From positions 1 to 38,523 of the forward strand of contig CALDQY010000003.1 of NCBI GenBank assembly GCA_937911445.1: DNA of 38,523 nt, given 5' to 3'. The first letter of the stretch is position 1; the number at the start of each line of letters is the position of its first letter. Positions 28,103 to 37,900 of this stretch are shown in pieces. This DNA comes from an uncultured Rhodobiaceae bacterium. GTDB taxonomy: Archaea; Thermoplasmatota; Poseidoniia; Poseidoniales; Poseidoniaceae. The position numbers were made by a program, and so were the translations under genes. The notes beneath the pieces were generated by a model. The model worked only from the letters and a program-made list of their open reading frames with translations, had not been told where the DNA came from and did no database searches.

Positions 28103-28822
28103 TTAAACAACTGTAAAGCGTTGTTCTTCTTCCTTCCAATTGAATGGTTTGTAACCCAATGCATGTCGTGTGTGACGCATTTTGATGATGCCGAGTTTGC
28201 GTTGAACATCGTCCTCTTTTCGATCCATTACGAGATGAATAACTCCATCTGAAAGATAGTCTTCTACGCCATATTCTCCAAATTGTTTGTGATTTTCTCC
28301 CGTCATTTCACAGATAAAGAACGAGGTCAATTCAAGACGGCGAACTGCTTCAAAGAGTCTAAAAATCTCATCTCGAGGGTTTTCCATCTTGGTGAGCGTG
28401 AAGAACGCACCTAGCGAGTCGAAGACGAGCAGTTCAAAACCAATGGACTTCCTGTAATTTGTGAGTTGCTTAATCAATTGACCCATCCAGTCAACACGGT
28501 TGCTCATGCCTTGCTCGTCTAGTTGGACACGAAGGTCAGAAAGATCGATGATAGCAATTCGATTACGAACACGAGGGTCGTCTACGTTCATACCCATGTT
28601 GGACATGTGCGCTCGCAAAGAATCCTTTCCTTGTTCGAGCGTGACATAGATCCCACTCGTTTCGCCATACAATACAGCGTTGTAGAGCATTGAGAAGGTG
28701 ACACTCGATTTCATGGCACCAGATGCACCTGCAACGATGCAGATGTGTCCCTTCGGAATTCCGCCTTGCATGTTCTCATCGAGTCCTTCAATGTGTGTGG
28801 GAATTCGTTCCATGATGTCCAT
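28103..28822 (-). CDS. Single-domain KaiC/RAD55-like RecA-superfamily ATPase
   Basis: RIPTHIEGLDE.MQGGIP, Walker A GASGAMKSS, YVTLEQ, Walker B LVFDS, EDYLSDGVIHL, IIKMRHT.H. Confidence 0.85.
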   Translation of the reverse strand: MDIMERIPTHIEGLDENMQGGIPKGHICIVAGASGAMKSSVTFSMLYNAVLYGETSGIYVTLEQGKDSLRAHMSNMGMNVDDPRVRNRIAIIDLSDLRVQLDEQGMSNRVDWMGQLIKQLTNYRKSIGFELLVFDSLGAFFTLTKMENPRDEIFRLFEAVRRLELTSFFICEMTGENHKQFGEYGVEDYLSDGVIHLVMDRKEDDVQRKLGIIKMRHTRHALGYKPFNWKEEEQRFTVV

Positions 28823-28919
28823 AGTGTCGCCTCAACATGAAGGAATACGATTCAACACTTGAAATTCACCCCCGATTTGTTTGCAAAATCTGATGTGGTT
28901 GATGTGACGTGTTTCGGTT

Positions 28920-29504
28920 ATGCGCATCCTCTTGGCTTCTGCATCTGAACGACGAGGCACCATTCTTCGCCAGCGCTTTGCAAACGTCGAACAAGTCGCG
29001 CTCAAGGGCGTGGATGAATCTGTCTCCCACCAGATTCTCTCCAATCAAGTGAAGGAAGTTGCCTCACGCAAAGCAGAGGCTGTCGTACTCAACGATGAGT
29101 TCGATGTCGTGGTCGTTTCAGATACCCTAGTCGAGGATCCTGATGACGAACATGTCGCACTTGGAAAACCAGTCTCGAGGGAACAAGCTGTTGCTATGCT
29201 TCTCCGATTGCGTGGCCGCCGTCACCGTGTGTGGTCCGCAACGATGGTGCATGCTATGGACAAATGGCATTCAAGCGTTGAATACGCTGTTGTTGAAATC
29301 GAGGACTTTACGGATGATGCATTGGTCGAACTCATCGAATCAGACTCTTGGGTTGGTAAAGCTGGTGGCTATGACTTGGCTGGTATGATGGGAAAATACG
29401 CTCAATTGATTGAAGGCACAGAGCCGACAGTGTTGGGATTTACTCAGTCTTCTCTTGACTTGCTGGACGACGTTCAATCGATGTTCTCCATGAGTCGATC
29501 GTAA
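28920..29504 (+). CDS. maf: Maf family nucleoside triphosphate pyrophosphatase
   Basis: ILLASASERR, VDES, KA, SDTLV, LGKP, L.GR.H.V.S, GKAGGY. Confidence 0.88.
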   Translation: MRILLASASERRGTILRQRFANVEQVALKGVDESVSHQILSNQVKEVASRKAEAVVLNDEFDVVVVSDTLVEDPDDEHVALGKPVSREQAVAMLLRLRGRRHRVWSATMVHAMDKWHSSVEYAVVEIEDFTDDALVELIESDSWVGKAGGYDLAGMMGKYAQLIEGTEPTVLGFTQSSLDLLDDVQSMFSMSRS

Positions 29505-30760
29505 AACATCGGCATTCGGTGCCAGTTGTCCGATGGGAATACAGTATGTCGAATGAACAAAATCCCGAGCAAGAAGGATGCAACACTTTGTGTCCCAATC
29601 CAAATGTACACCGGCAAGTATTCTCCATCCAAAAGCACGGCTCCATCATAGAGAGACCATGTCATAAGGACGCCGCAAGCAAGGAACATCAACACCAGGT
29701 GCCAATGCGTTATCCGTGTTGATGGAGAATAATGCAAGTGATCTTCGTGAAGGAAAATAGCAAACCCGCAGACGACGAAGAAACATGAATAGGCAATCAA
29801 TAACCAATGTGCAGGCTGAATGTTTGCTATGCCTTCATGTCCTGTCCAAATAGGTGCAATTGAAACGAGTGAGAGCAGGGGCAACAGGAAGTACCCTATG
29901 AACACAAATCGAGAATGCGGTTTTGCAAATTTCCCGATGGAGAATCGTAAAACCTTCAACGGGTTCATCATGAAAAATACGTTCAAGAGAAGAACTGCGA
30001 AACCGATATCGATTAAATCCTCTGATATCGAATTCCTCGCTCGCAGAAAACTCGCCACAACGTAACCAATTCCTAAGAGGATGAGGATGAGGAACCGAAC
30101 TGGTAGAGTTTTCGGGTTTGTTGTATTCCAACCTAGCCTGCGATTGAAATGTGAGAGTATGACTGTCGACATCATCATCATGCAAAAGATCCCTACAATG
30201 AAAGCAACCCCAACTTGTATCATGCCATCGATTCCACGCATAAACCATGATGCAACGATAAACAACGAGCAGAACACGAGAACCAATCCGGGCGAATATG
30301 AGAAAATACCAACCTCTCCTGAGTTGCTCTTCTGTTTGACAATGTCAATCGATGATGGCGTGAGCGTGAGTAAAGCGAGGCACATTAAAACGATACCAAT
30401 TCCAGAGAATTCGATGAACACGTCCCAATTACCAATGTAGATGCCAATATGAATGAACAATTGCCCAAGACCGTTGAGTTGCAAAAAGTGACGCATTGTT
30501 GTCCGTTCAAAGGACGGGACTTTGTACACCAGCGGCAACGTATCAAACGCAATACCAGCAAGGATGGCCATGACAGGTCCTAATGCGAAAAGCGTAATCA
30601 AAACAAAGTTCATGATTTCAAGACGCTCAGTGTTCTCGAACAACTCGTAAGGAGAAAAAAATGTTAACCACGCCAGAAGGAATGTTAAGGCGATGAAGAA
30701 CAACATCGATGATGTAAACAGTTCAAGATAAGAACCTGCGAATTGCTGACGCCTGTCCAT
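29474..30760 (-). CDS. Polytopic membrane protein (about 12 TM), function unknown
   Basis: 428 aa of mostly hydrophobic segments, AGGTGA SD, starts 9 nt after the sepF stop. Confidence 0.7.
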   Translation of the reverse strand: MDRRQQFAGSYLELFTSSMLFFIALTFLLAWLTFFSPYELFENTERLEIMNFVLITLFALGPVMAILAGIAFDTLPLVYKVPSFERTTMRHFLQLNGLGQLFIHIGIYIGNWDVFIEFSGIGIVLMCLALLTLTPSSIDIVKQKSNSGEVGIFSYSPGLVLVFCSLFIVASWFMRGIDGMIQVGVAFIVGIFCMMMMSTVILSHFNRRLGWNTTNPKTLPVRFLILILLGIGYVVASFLRARNSISEDLIDIGFAVLLLNVFFMMNPLKVLRFSIGKFAKPHSRFVFIGYFLLPLLSLVSIAPIWTGHEGIANIQPAHWLLIAYSCFFVVCGFAIFLHEDHLHYSPSTRITHWHLVLMFLACGVLMTWSLYDGAVLLDGEYLPVYIWIGTQSVASFLLGILFIRHTVFPSDNWHRMPMFYDRLMENID

Positions 30761-30769
30761 CGTTTCACC

Positions 30770-31321
30770 TCAAGATACGCGCAGCAGACGTGTAATTCCA
30801 AGCTCGTGCTTTTCAATATCAACAACGACATCTGCTCCGGGAATCATCAACAACTTGTCTTCCGAATCCAGAGCAAAGACGCCAACACCTACTTGTTCAC
30901 ACATAACTCGTAACTCTCGTCGACAGGCCTGTTGATGCGATTCCATGTGGACCAATGTTCGTAGATCAACGATCACAGTATCCCCTTGAAGCACTCGTTG
31001 AGCGATGTCTCGCGTGTGGATACGATGCTTTTCATCTGGCTTAACATACCGAAGCGCTCGTGTTGGTCGAGTCATAACCCGTCCTCCATGGTGTGAGAGA
31101 TCGTGGAATGGTTCTCCGTCTGGTGTTACTGGTCCATTCCATTCGAAAGAGATGTTTTCGTCGATTTGAGATGTAGGCGTCTCCTCGACAATTTGGGTTT
31201 CTACTGCAACAGGTTCATTGGTCAATTGCCTGTTTTGCGTGGAAGCAGGTGCTTCTGCAACTCGAGCCGCACCACCCGCATCTGGGTCCGGGAGTCCAAA
31301 GAACTGCCATAGATTTCCCAT
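30770..31321 (-). CDS. sepF: Cell division protein SepF (archaeal type)
   Basis: N-terminal amphipathic MGNLWQFFG, disordered linker, core IAQRVLQGDTVIVDLRTL..RELRVMCEQVGVGVFAL..LLMIP..VVV. Confidence 0.75.
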   Translation of the reverse strand: MGNLWQFFGLPDPDAGGAARVAEAPASTQNRQLTNEPVAVETQIVEETPTSQIDENISFEWNGPVTPDGEPFHDLSHHGGRVMTRPTRALRYVKPDEKHRIHTRDIAQRVLQGDTVIVDLRTLVHMESHQQACRRELRVMCEQVGVGVFALDSEDKLLMIPGADVVVDIEKHELGITRLLRVS

Positions 31322-31326
31322 CGTTA

Positions 31327-34300
31327 TCACAAATCCAAATCATCCAGTAGGTCGGAGAGATTCGTGTCCTGATTCGATGGTGGAGTCATTGAAGGTGTCG
31401 GTTGATAGGTAGGTGCAGGTGCTTGATTTGCTGCCAGATATTGCTCACCATAGTACGCCCATTGTTCCATGGTCCAACCAGCCGGCAGGCCAGTGGCTGG
31501 GAGTGGAGGGCCTTGATTCACGACTGGCTGTTCAACAAACGGTTCTGGTTGAACAGGCGCTTGTGGTGCTGGCTGCTCGTATGTGGGCAATTCCGAAGGC
31601 GCATAACTTGGTAAGGGCGTTGTATCCCATGCTTTGTTCGATGGAGTCTCGACCAAATCTGGCGGTGAACGGCGAGTGATGAGCAGGAACGATGCCAACA
31701 TGATCACCAAACCAACGAGTCCTAGAATGACGATCGACATGGTTTTAGAGACACCCAATGTATCGCTGAACTCTTCGATGAATCCTTCAGGGGGCGGTTC
31801 TGCAACATCGATGGTAAGCGTAAATGTGTCCGTCGAAAGATCGTCATCGGTTACAGTGAGGTTGATCTTCCACGTGCCAACCGGTAAATCGGTTATCGAT
31901 ACTACAGGCCCAGTTTCACCAAGGTCATTCTCGCCTCTCCACTCAAATGTCCAAACGTAGAGCATGTTCAGCAGATCTGAATCTGAGTCCGTTGTCCCAT
32001 CGGATGAGAGGTTGAGCGTATCGCCCTTCACGAGGTTGTCAAGTGATCCGTTGGCGAACGAAATCTCTGCGCCCGGCAGGACGTTCTGAACTTTGACAAC
32101 AGCCGAAATCGATGCCATGGCACCATCGTCGTCCTTCACCCATGCCGTAACGGTTCGGAACTGAGGGTTGCTGGTCTCCCATGTGTACTCAAAATGAGTC
32201 CCACTCACATCGCAGTCATTGTTCAAGGTGCCATCGAGGTCCGCATCACGTGTTCCGTCGATATCCCAACAGACTTCCAGTGAATCCTTGTCTGAAGCCG
32301 TATCATCAACAGCGACGTCAAAGACCACTTCGTCGTCTTCATCAACCGTAAGGCCTTTGTTGACAGCGTTGAGGAAATTCGCTTCTGCTGTCATGGTTGG
32401 CGGTACGTTGACAATTGTGACCTTTGCGAGCGATGTGGAAGAGGTCGCTCCGTCGTCATCAACAGCACGAACTGAGATGATGTGTTCTCCAGACGTTGGC
32501 CACGAGGTTGAAACATCGGAGGCGGAACCATCAGTGGATACGGTGAAATTATCGAGAACATCACTTAGGTTCCAGTCGATGATGAGTCCATCACGGTCGT
32601 TGAGTGTATCATCGCCTTGGGCACGAAGAATGACGGTCTGATCCTCTTGGAGTACCCAGGTTCCATTCGCATCGAATGGTGTGTTTACGCCTGCAATCCA
32701 CACGCCAATTTCGCCGATGGTTGGGGCTACATTCAGAACTTCAATCGATGAAAGCACTTCGGTTTCTTCGCCATCATCGTCGGTTGCGATGGCACGGATT
32801 GGCATCGTTCCCTCCTCAAGTGGCGAAAACGTACACGTCGGTTGCGTTAACCCTTCAAGACAGTTCAAATCTGGCCAAGAAATACTGACCTGCTGGCCCG
32901 ATGGAGATACTGTATCAATATCGCCGCTATCACTGGCATCGATGGTGATGGAGGATTCGACAGCAATTTCCGGTGGGTGGCTGAGGTTGATGTACGGTGC
33001 TCGATTCAGGATGGTGACATTGCTGATCAAAACAGTTGAGTCAAGTTCATTGTCGGTTACAATGGTTCGCAATTCCCAGTCACCGTCGTCAGACCAGTTC
33101 CAACTGATAGCACAATCTGGCGTTGTAATGACATCGACAAGACCTGGACGTGATTCAATTTCAAATCGGCACTCGACGTCTCCACCATCAGGGTCAAAGG
33201 AAGAACGGGCGTCAATGAAGACGTCCTCGAACGTGTAATTCCCAGTGTCGATAGCAATGGATGCGTTCGGTGCACGGCCGATGAAGACGTCAACAGTAGC
33301 TTGGTTGTTGCTTCGATTGGCGTCTCCGGTGATGAGCTCATCCGGATCAACGGTGAAGGTCAATGTCTGGTTGCCGATGGTGGAATCTTCAGGAACAATC
33401 CAGTCGATTACAATGCGTTGCTCACTGTACGCCTCGATGGATGGAACAGCCTGTCGGCTCGAATCGCCATCGGGCACAACAATTTCCATTTCTGTTGAAG
33501 GCGATGGCAAAACACCTCTGTTTTGGGCTGGTAGAGAGAAGGAGAGTTCGTCACCGGGCAAGGCGTTGTATCCGATCGATTTGGACAGGGTCGCAACCTC
33601 ACCATCGCGAGTTCGAGTAACGATGATTGAATCTTCTTGAGCAACCAAATCGATACCTACAACAGACAAATCGATGACAACCGTGGCAACGCCAATGATT
33701 TCCTGAACTGGATCCCAGACTATCACGCCGTTGCTGCTAAAATCATCGCTAGCGATGGTGTCATCGACGACGTTTGAAACATTGATTGTCTCTTCAATCT
33801 GTCCACTGCTGTTGGTAGTTGGATTAATCAGCGTTCCCGCCATTTCGTAACGCAACTGGAGGTTTTTGTTGACCTCTGGTATGCCGTTTGGAGCAACCGA
33901 GTAGGTTGCATAAATCTTTGATTCTGAGTCTGGTAATGTAGCAATAAATTGAGTCTCAACCTCAATGTCGACGTTCCGATCGCCCGGGTTTTTTCTTTTG
34001 TCAACGCCAAACGAGTCAACGGGTTCGTAGTCTTTCAAGAGCCAATCAATGGTGAAACCAGCAGCGTTTGAGATTCGTATCCAAGAGTTGAATCGAACAG
34101 CGGGACAGTACCAATTAAACCCAGCACTGACGCCTGTGGCGTTCCATTCGTTGACTTTGTACGAATCATCGCATCCTTCGTACTTGATGTTCTGTCCATC
34201 TTCCGTTGGAATTCCATCCTTGGTGACCTGCCAAGATGTATTTTCGGCTCCTTGAGTATCAAACGAGGTCGGGTCGAAGTAATCAGATGAACCACTTACA

Positions 34301-34911
34301 CTCGTGCCTGACATGAAGGGCATGTACCATTGGTCACCCGTCCGCATTGGGAAATCGTATTTTTCTTTTGGCGGGTCGTAATAGGTATCGAATGAGATTG
34401 TGGCGAGGTTCTGGGATAGGAAGCCAAGATTGAATGGTGCAAAGCTGACGTCTAATTCAAATTCCGAATTGATAACTGCGAGATCTCGTACTCGTACGAT
34501 GTCCTCGCCTGAATAATCGATGTCGAGCCTTCCACTGACCCCTTCAAGTGTTGCGCCACTGTTTCCTGATGAGAATTCCCCTTCGATGAGCATCTTGTAT
34601 GCAAGCGTCTGAATCCCGTCAACATTGATGAAAAAGATGTCATCAATTTCGTAAGCAGTGTCCCCGGTGAGTGTATTGAGGCTCGCAGATACGTTGGCTT
34701 GTGCCAGCAGTTGAGAGACATCGAATTGCGTTTCATAGGTCCACTTGTCACCGATGCGCCAGCTTGGGACATCGGTCGAGCTTGTTGTACCTGAGGATTG
34801 GTCAACAGATGGTAGCAGGTCAAGTGTCGTTGTGTCGTTGTTGACAAAGTGCACAGTGGATGAACCTGCCAAAAGGAACAAAACTAGGAATGTCAATACG
34901 CGGTTCGCCAT
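31327..34911 (-). CDS. Large secreted membrane-anchored surface protein (CARDB + PKD-like repeats), paralog B
   Basis: Signal peptide, PSWRIGDKWTY domain, CARDB (VDPDE..DANRSNN), repeated V.DDDG / N..P PKD-like units, TM IVILGLVGLVIMLASFLLI, Pro-rich tail with GLPAGWTMEQW. Confidence 0.8.
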   Translation of the reverse strand: MANRVLTFLVLFLLAGSSTVHFVNNDTTTLDLLPSVDQSSGTTSSTDVPSWRIGDKWTYETQFDVSQLLAQANVSASLNTLTGDTAYEIDDIFFINVDGIQTLAYKMLIEGEFSSGNSGATLEGVSGRLDIDYSGEDIVRVRDLAVINSEFELDVSFAPFNLGFLSQNLATISFDTYYDPPKEKYDFPMRTGDQWYMPFMSGTSVSGSSDYFDPTSFDTQGAENTSWQVTKDGIPTEDGQNIKYEGCDDSYKVNEWNATGVSAGFNWYCPAVRFNSWIRISNAAGFTIDWLLKDYEPVDSFGVDKRKNPGDRNVDIEVETQFIATLPDSESKIYATYSVAPNGIPEVNKNLQLRYEMAGTLINPTTNSSGQIEETINVSNVVDDTIASDDFSSNGVIVWDPVQEIIGVATVVIDLSVVGIDLVAQEDSIIVTRTRDGEVATLSKSIGYNALPGDELSFSLPAQNRGVLPSPSTEMEIVVPDGDSSRQAVPSIEAYSEQRIVIDWIVPEDSTIGNQTLTFTVDPDELITGDANRSNNQATVDVFIGRAPNASIAIDTGNYTFEDVFIDARSSFDPDGGDVECRFEIESRPGLVDVITTPDCAISWNWSDDGDWELRTIVTDNELDSTVLISNVTILNRAPYINLSHPPEIAVESSITIDASDSGDIDTVSPSGQQVSISWPDLNCLEGLTQPTCTFSPLEEGTMPIRAIATDDDGEETEVLSSIEVLNVAPTIGEIGVWIAGVNTPFDANGTWVLQEDQTVILRAQGDDTLNDRDGLIIDWNLSDVLDNFTVSTDGSASDVSTSWPTSGEHIISVRAVDDDGATSSTSLAKVTIVNVPPTMTAEANFLNAVNKGLTVDEDDEVVFDVAVDDTASDKDSLEVCWDIDGTRDADLDGTLNNDCDVSGTHFEYTWETSNPQFRTVTAWVKDDDGAMASISAVVKVQNVLPGAEISFANGSLDNLVKGDTLNLSSDGTTDSDSDLLNMLYVWTFEWRGENDLGETGPVVSITDLPVGTWKINLTVTDDDLSTDTFTLTIDVAEPPPEGFIEEFSDTLGVSKTMSIVILGLVGLVIMLASFLLITRRSPPDLVETPSNKAWDTTPLPSYAPSELPTYEQPAPQAPVQPEPFVEQPVVNQGPPLPATGLPAGWTMEQWAYYGEQYLAANQAPAPTYQPTPSMTPPSNQDTNLSDLLDDLDL

Positions 34912-34935
34912 GTGTGAATGTCTGCTTTCTCGTAC

Positions 34936-37900
34936 TTAGGAATTGTCAACCTGCGAGTCGAGCCATTGTTGACCATAGTGCTCCCACTGCTCCATCGTCC
35001 ACCCCTCGGGCAATCCGCCTTCTGGAAGAGGGGGTCCAGTTGTAGGCGCAGGGGCTACGTTGACTGAATCAAAGGCTCGTTCAATAGGTGGATCTTGTGG
35101 TCGATTGCGACGTGCTGAGATTTCATGCGGCATCAGGCCGACTTCCTCATCGCTGAAAATTGCGTTCTGCTGCTGGTCAAGCCGATCCATGGCTCGTTGT
35201 TGTCTGCCTGAACGTCGACGTCGGGTCATCATGCCGAGGACAAGGAGCATGAACGCAAGCAATGAAAGTTGAGCAACTGGATTGGCTTCATCGCCGACGA
35301 GGGCAGCGCCTAATTCTTCAACGATTGTACGTTCTGGGGCACCGATCTCAACATTGATGACTCGAGTTCCGGGTCGTTCCGGATTCTCATCCCAGGCAAT
35401 GACTCGGATTGTGTAAGATCCTTCACGGGTAAACACATGTTCGATTTGTTTACCGATTTTGTCAGCATCGTTGTCTTTGACTCCATCACCATTGCTGTCA
35501 ACAGACGTGTCGAGATCCCAAACGACCGTGATTTGGTCGAGATCATTGATGGAGTCAATCGTTCCAGTTGCATCCAAAAGACATGCTTCGAGGGCGTTGC
35601 AGACAATGTCTTTGGTTCGGACGATTGGTGGGATGTTGAGGACTTCAATGGAGAGAATCTCACTGACACGCACGCCGTCGTCGTCGGTTACGTGATAGAT
35701 GACCGTGTGCGTCCCGCTTGTGTTCCAATGCCAGACCAGCTCATCGCCAATCACATCGCAGTCATCATCAGCACCGCCGATATCGTTGGAATCGAGACCG
35801 GGATCGACATCCCAGCAACGAATCAACGTGTCGTAATCGGAGGGAGTATCGGTAGCATTGCCGACCAATCGAACTTCTTCTCCTTCTGCGAGGGGAAGAA
35901 CTTGCTCCAGTGGCTGAACAACTGGTGGGACGTTCGCAACACTTACCCATCGCTCGTATGTACCGCTGCTGGCCCCTTCAGAGTCGCTTACCTCGAGGCG
36001 CATGCGGTGGAGCCCTGATGTCTCCCACATCATCTCAAATTCAGAAACTCGCCCATCGAAGGTTTTGATGAGATTTGGCTGCGCATCATCTGGCCACCAT
36101 CGGTGGGTTAAGCCATCTAAATCATCGACTGAATCGAGGGCTTGGCCACGGAGATTGACCATTTGGTCCTCCTGAACATGCCAAGTTTGCTGGACATCAA
36201 GCGGTAGGGGACCACTCTCATTGGTCATGGTGACGGACAGCCCGTGGGGGTTGATGTTGGTGAATCGGATATCGATGCTGGCCATGGTCATGGCACTATC
36301 GTCGTCGACGCCAACGGCTTGGAATGTATGCCATCCTTCAGTTGGTGCAGTCGTTGTACAAACTCGCGTGTAGTACCCTTCTTCGCAGATTGCATTTAGC
36401 CAGTACACGTCCACAATCCCTGGAAACGGATCTTCAGAATCTGTATCGTTTGCATAAGCATAGAGTGTAACGGGATGTTCAACTTTGACCTCGTTACGAG
36501 CGCTGATGACCTCGATGTTTGGCGCCCGATTCAAAATGACAACATCAAGAATGCCTTCGACTTGGTCTTGTTCTTCGTCGGTAATGGTCACCTCGACAGG
36601 GTATTCACCATCGTTTGTCCATGTCCAGTTCAGCATGCAATCCATGGATTCAACTCGCGTCCACGCAGCCGAGCGAGTGCCATCGTACCAAGGAACATTA
36701 AACAGACAGGATACATTACCACCGTCTTCATCAAAACTACCTGAGGCATTGATCACCGTCTCGACGTTTGTGTAGACTTCGATGGGCTCGAGGACTGCTG
36801 TCGGTAGACGTCCAATGAACAATTCAATTTCACCGAGGTCGTTATCGGCATCCGCATCTGCAGTATTGACTTGCAGAGGATCGGATTCCCATCGAATTGG
36901 CAAGGTTCCAATCGCTGCATCAGCGGGTACTGTCCAAGTGAAATTGACCTTGTGAGATTCGTATGTGGCGAGCGGTGGTAATCCGAGGTCAAAGATGGAA
37001 CCATCTGGATGATAAATGCGCAAATCTGTTGCTGTGGATGTTGTGATGCCTTTGTTGACAACAGCGACTTCGATGGTTAAGTCATCACCGGGAAGGACAT
37101 TGTAACCGGACAGTGAACTGACAGTGCTTACAACGCCGCTCCTGTTTCGAATGATGACTGCTCGTTCTTCGTCTGCAATCAAGTCGAGGCCAACAAGATA
37201 CTCATCGAGCGTAATGGTGGCTGCACCAACGTAACTTCCAGATTTCGCCATAATGCCATGGCTGGACCAGTCCGTGTTCGTTGCAGAATAGTCAATGCTG
37301 CTACCTGAATCAATCGTTGTGCTTGCTGAACCGTTTGAAGCGGTGTAGACAGTGGTTGAGGCACCATCGTATGCGACCTCAACTCCAACGCCATCAATGG
37401 TCCCATAACACGATGGGCTGAGGTGAACCCATACTTCGAGCGGTGAATCAAGTGCTGTGAGAGAACGCTCAGGAGCGACATCGACACATGTCGGCCGAGT
37501 GCCTGGATCACTGTTGCTTTCAACGCCTGTGGCTCCAACAGGCATGTACTGTTTCAAGCGGAAATCAATGGTCAGGCCAACGTCTTCCTCGGCATGTCGC
37601 CATGCGTAATTGTTGACCGCTGGGCAGTACCATCTGTAACCCGTCGAGACACCATCTGAGTTCCACGATGTCAGCTCATACGATGCATCGCATCCACTGT
37701 AAGCGATTCCAGCTCCGATGGCGTTTCGAGGTTGTCCTACATCGGTGACTTCCCATGTTGTTGTGTTGGTATCTGTTTCTGGTGGCGGGAACGGTGTGAT
37801 GTAATCGCTTTGACCAGACCATTGAGAGGATGCAGTTGTCAGTGAAGTCCACCGTTCTCCATAGCGGAGTGGGAAATCGTATACCTCCGTAGCAGGGCTG

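Noticed and set aside
28103-28822. Circadian clock system
   Set aside because: Single domain, no kaiA/kaiB in the window, canonical ST phosphosites absent.
31435-31512. Calling the tail motif a WW domain
   Set aside because: It shares only LPxGW and lacks the YY/YF..H..T.W..P pattern and spacing.
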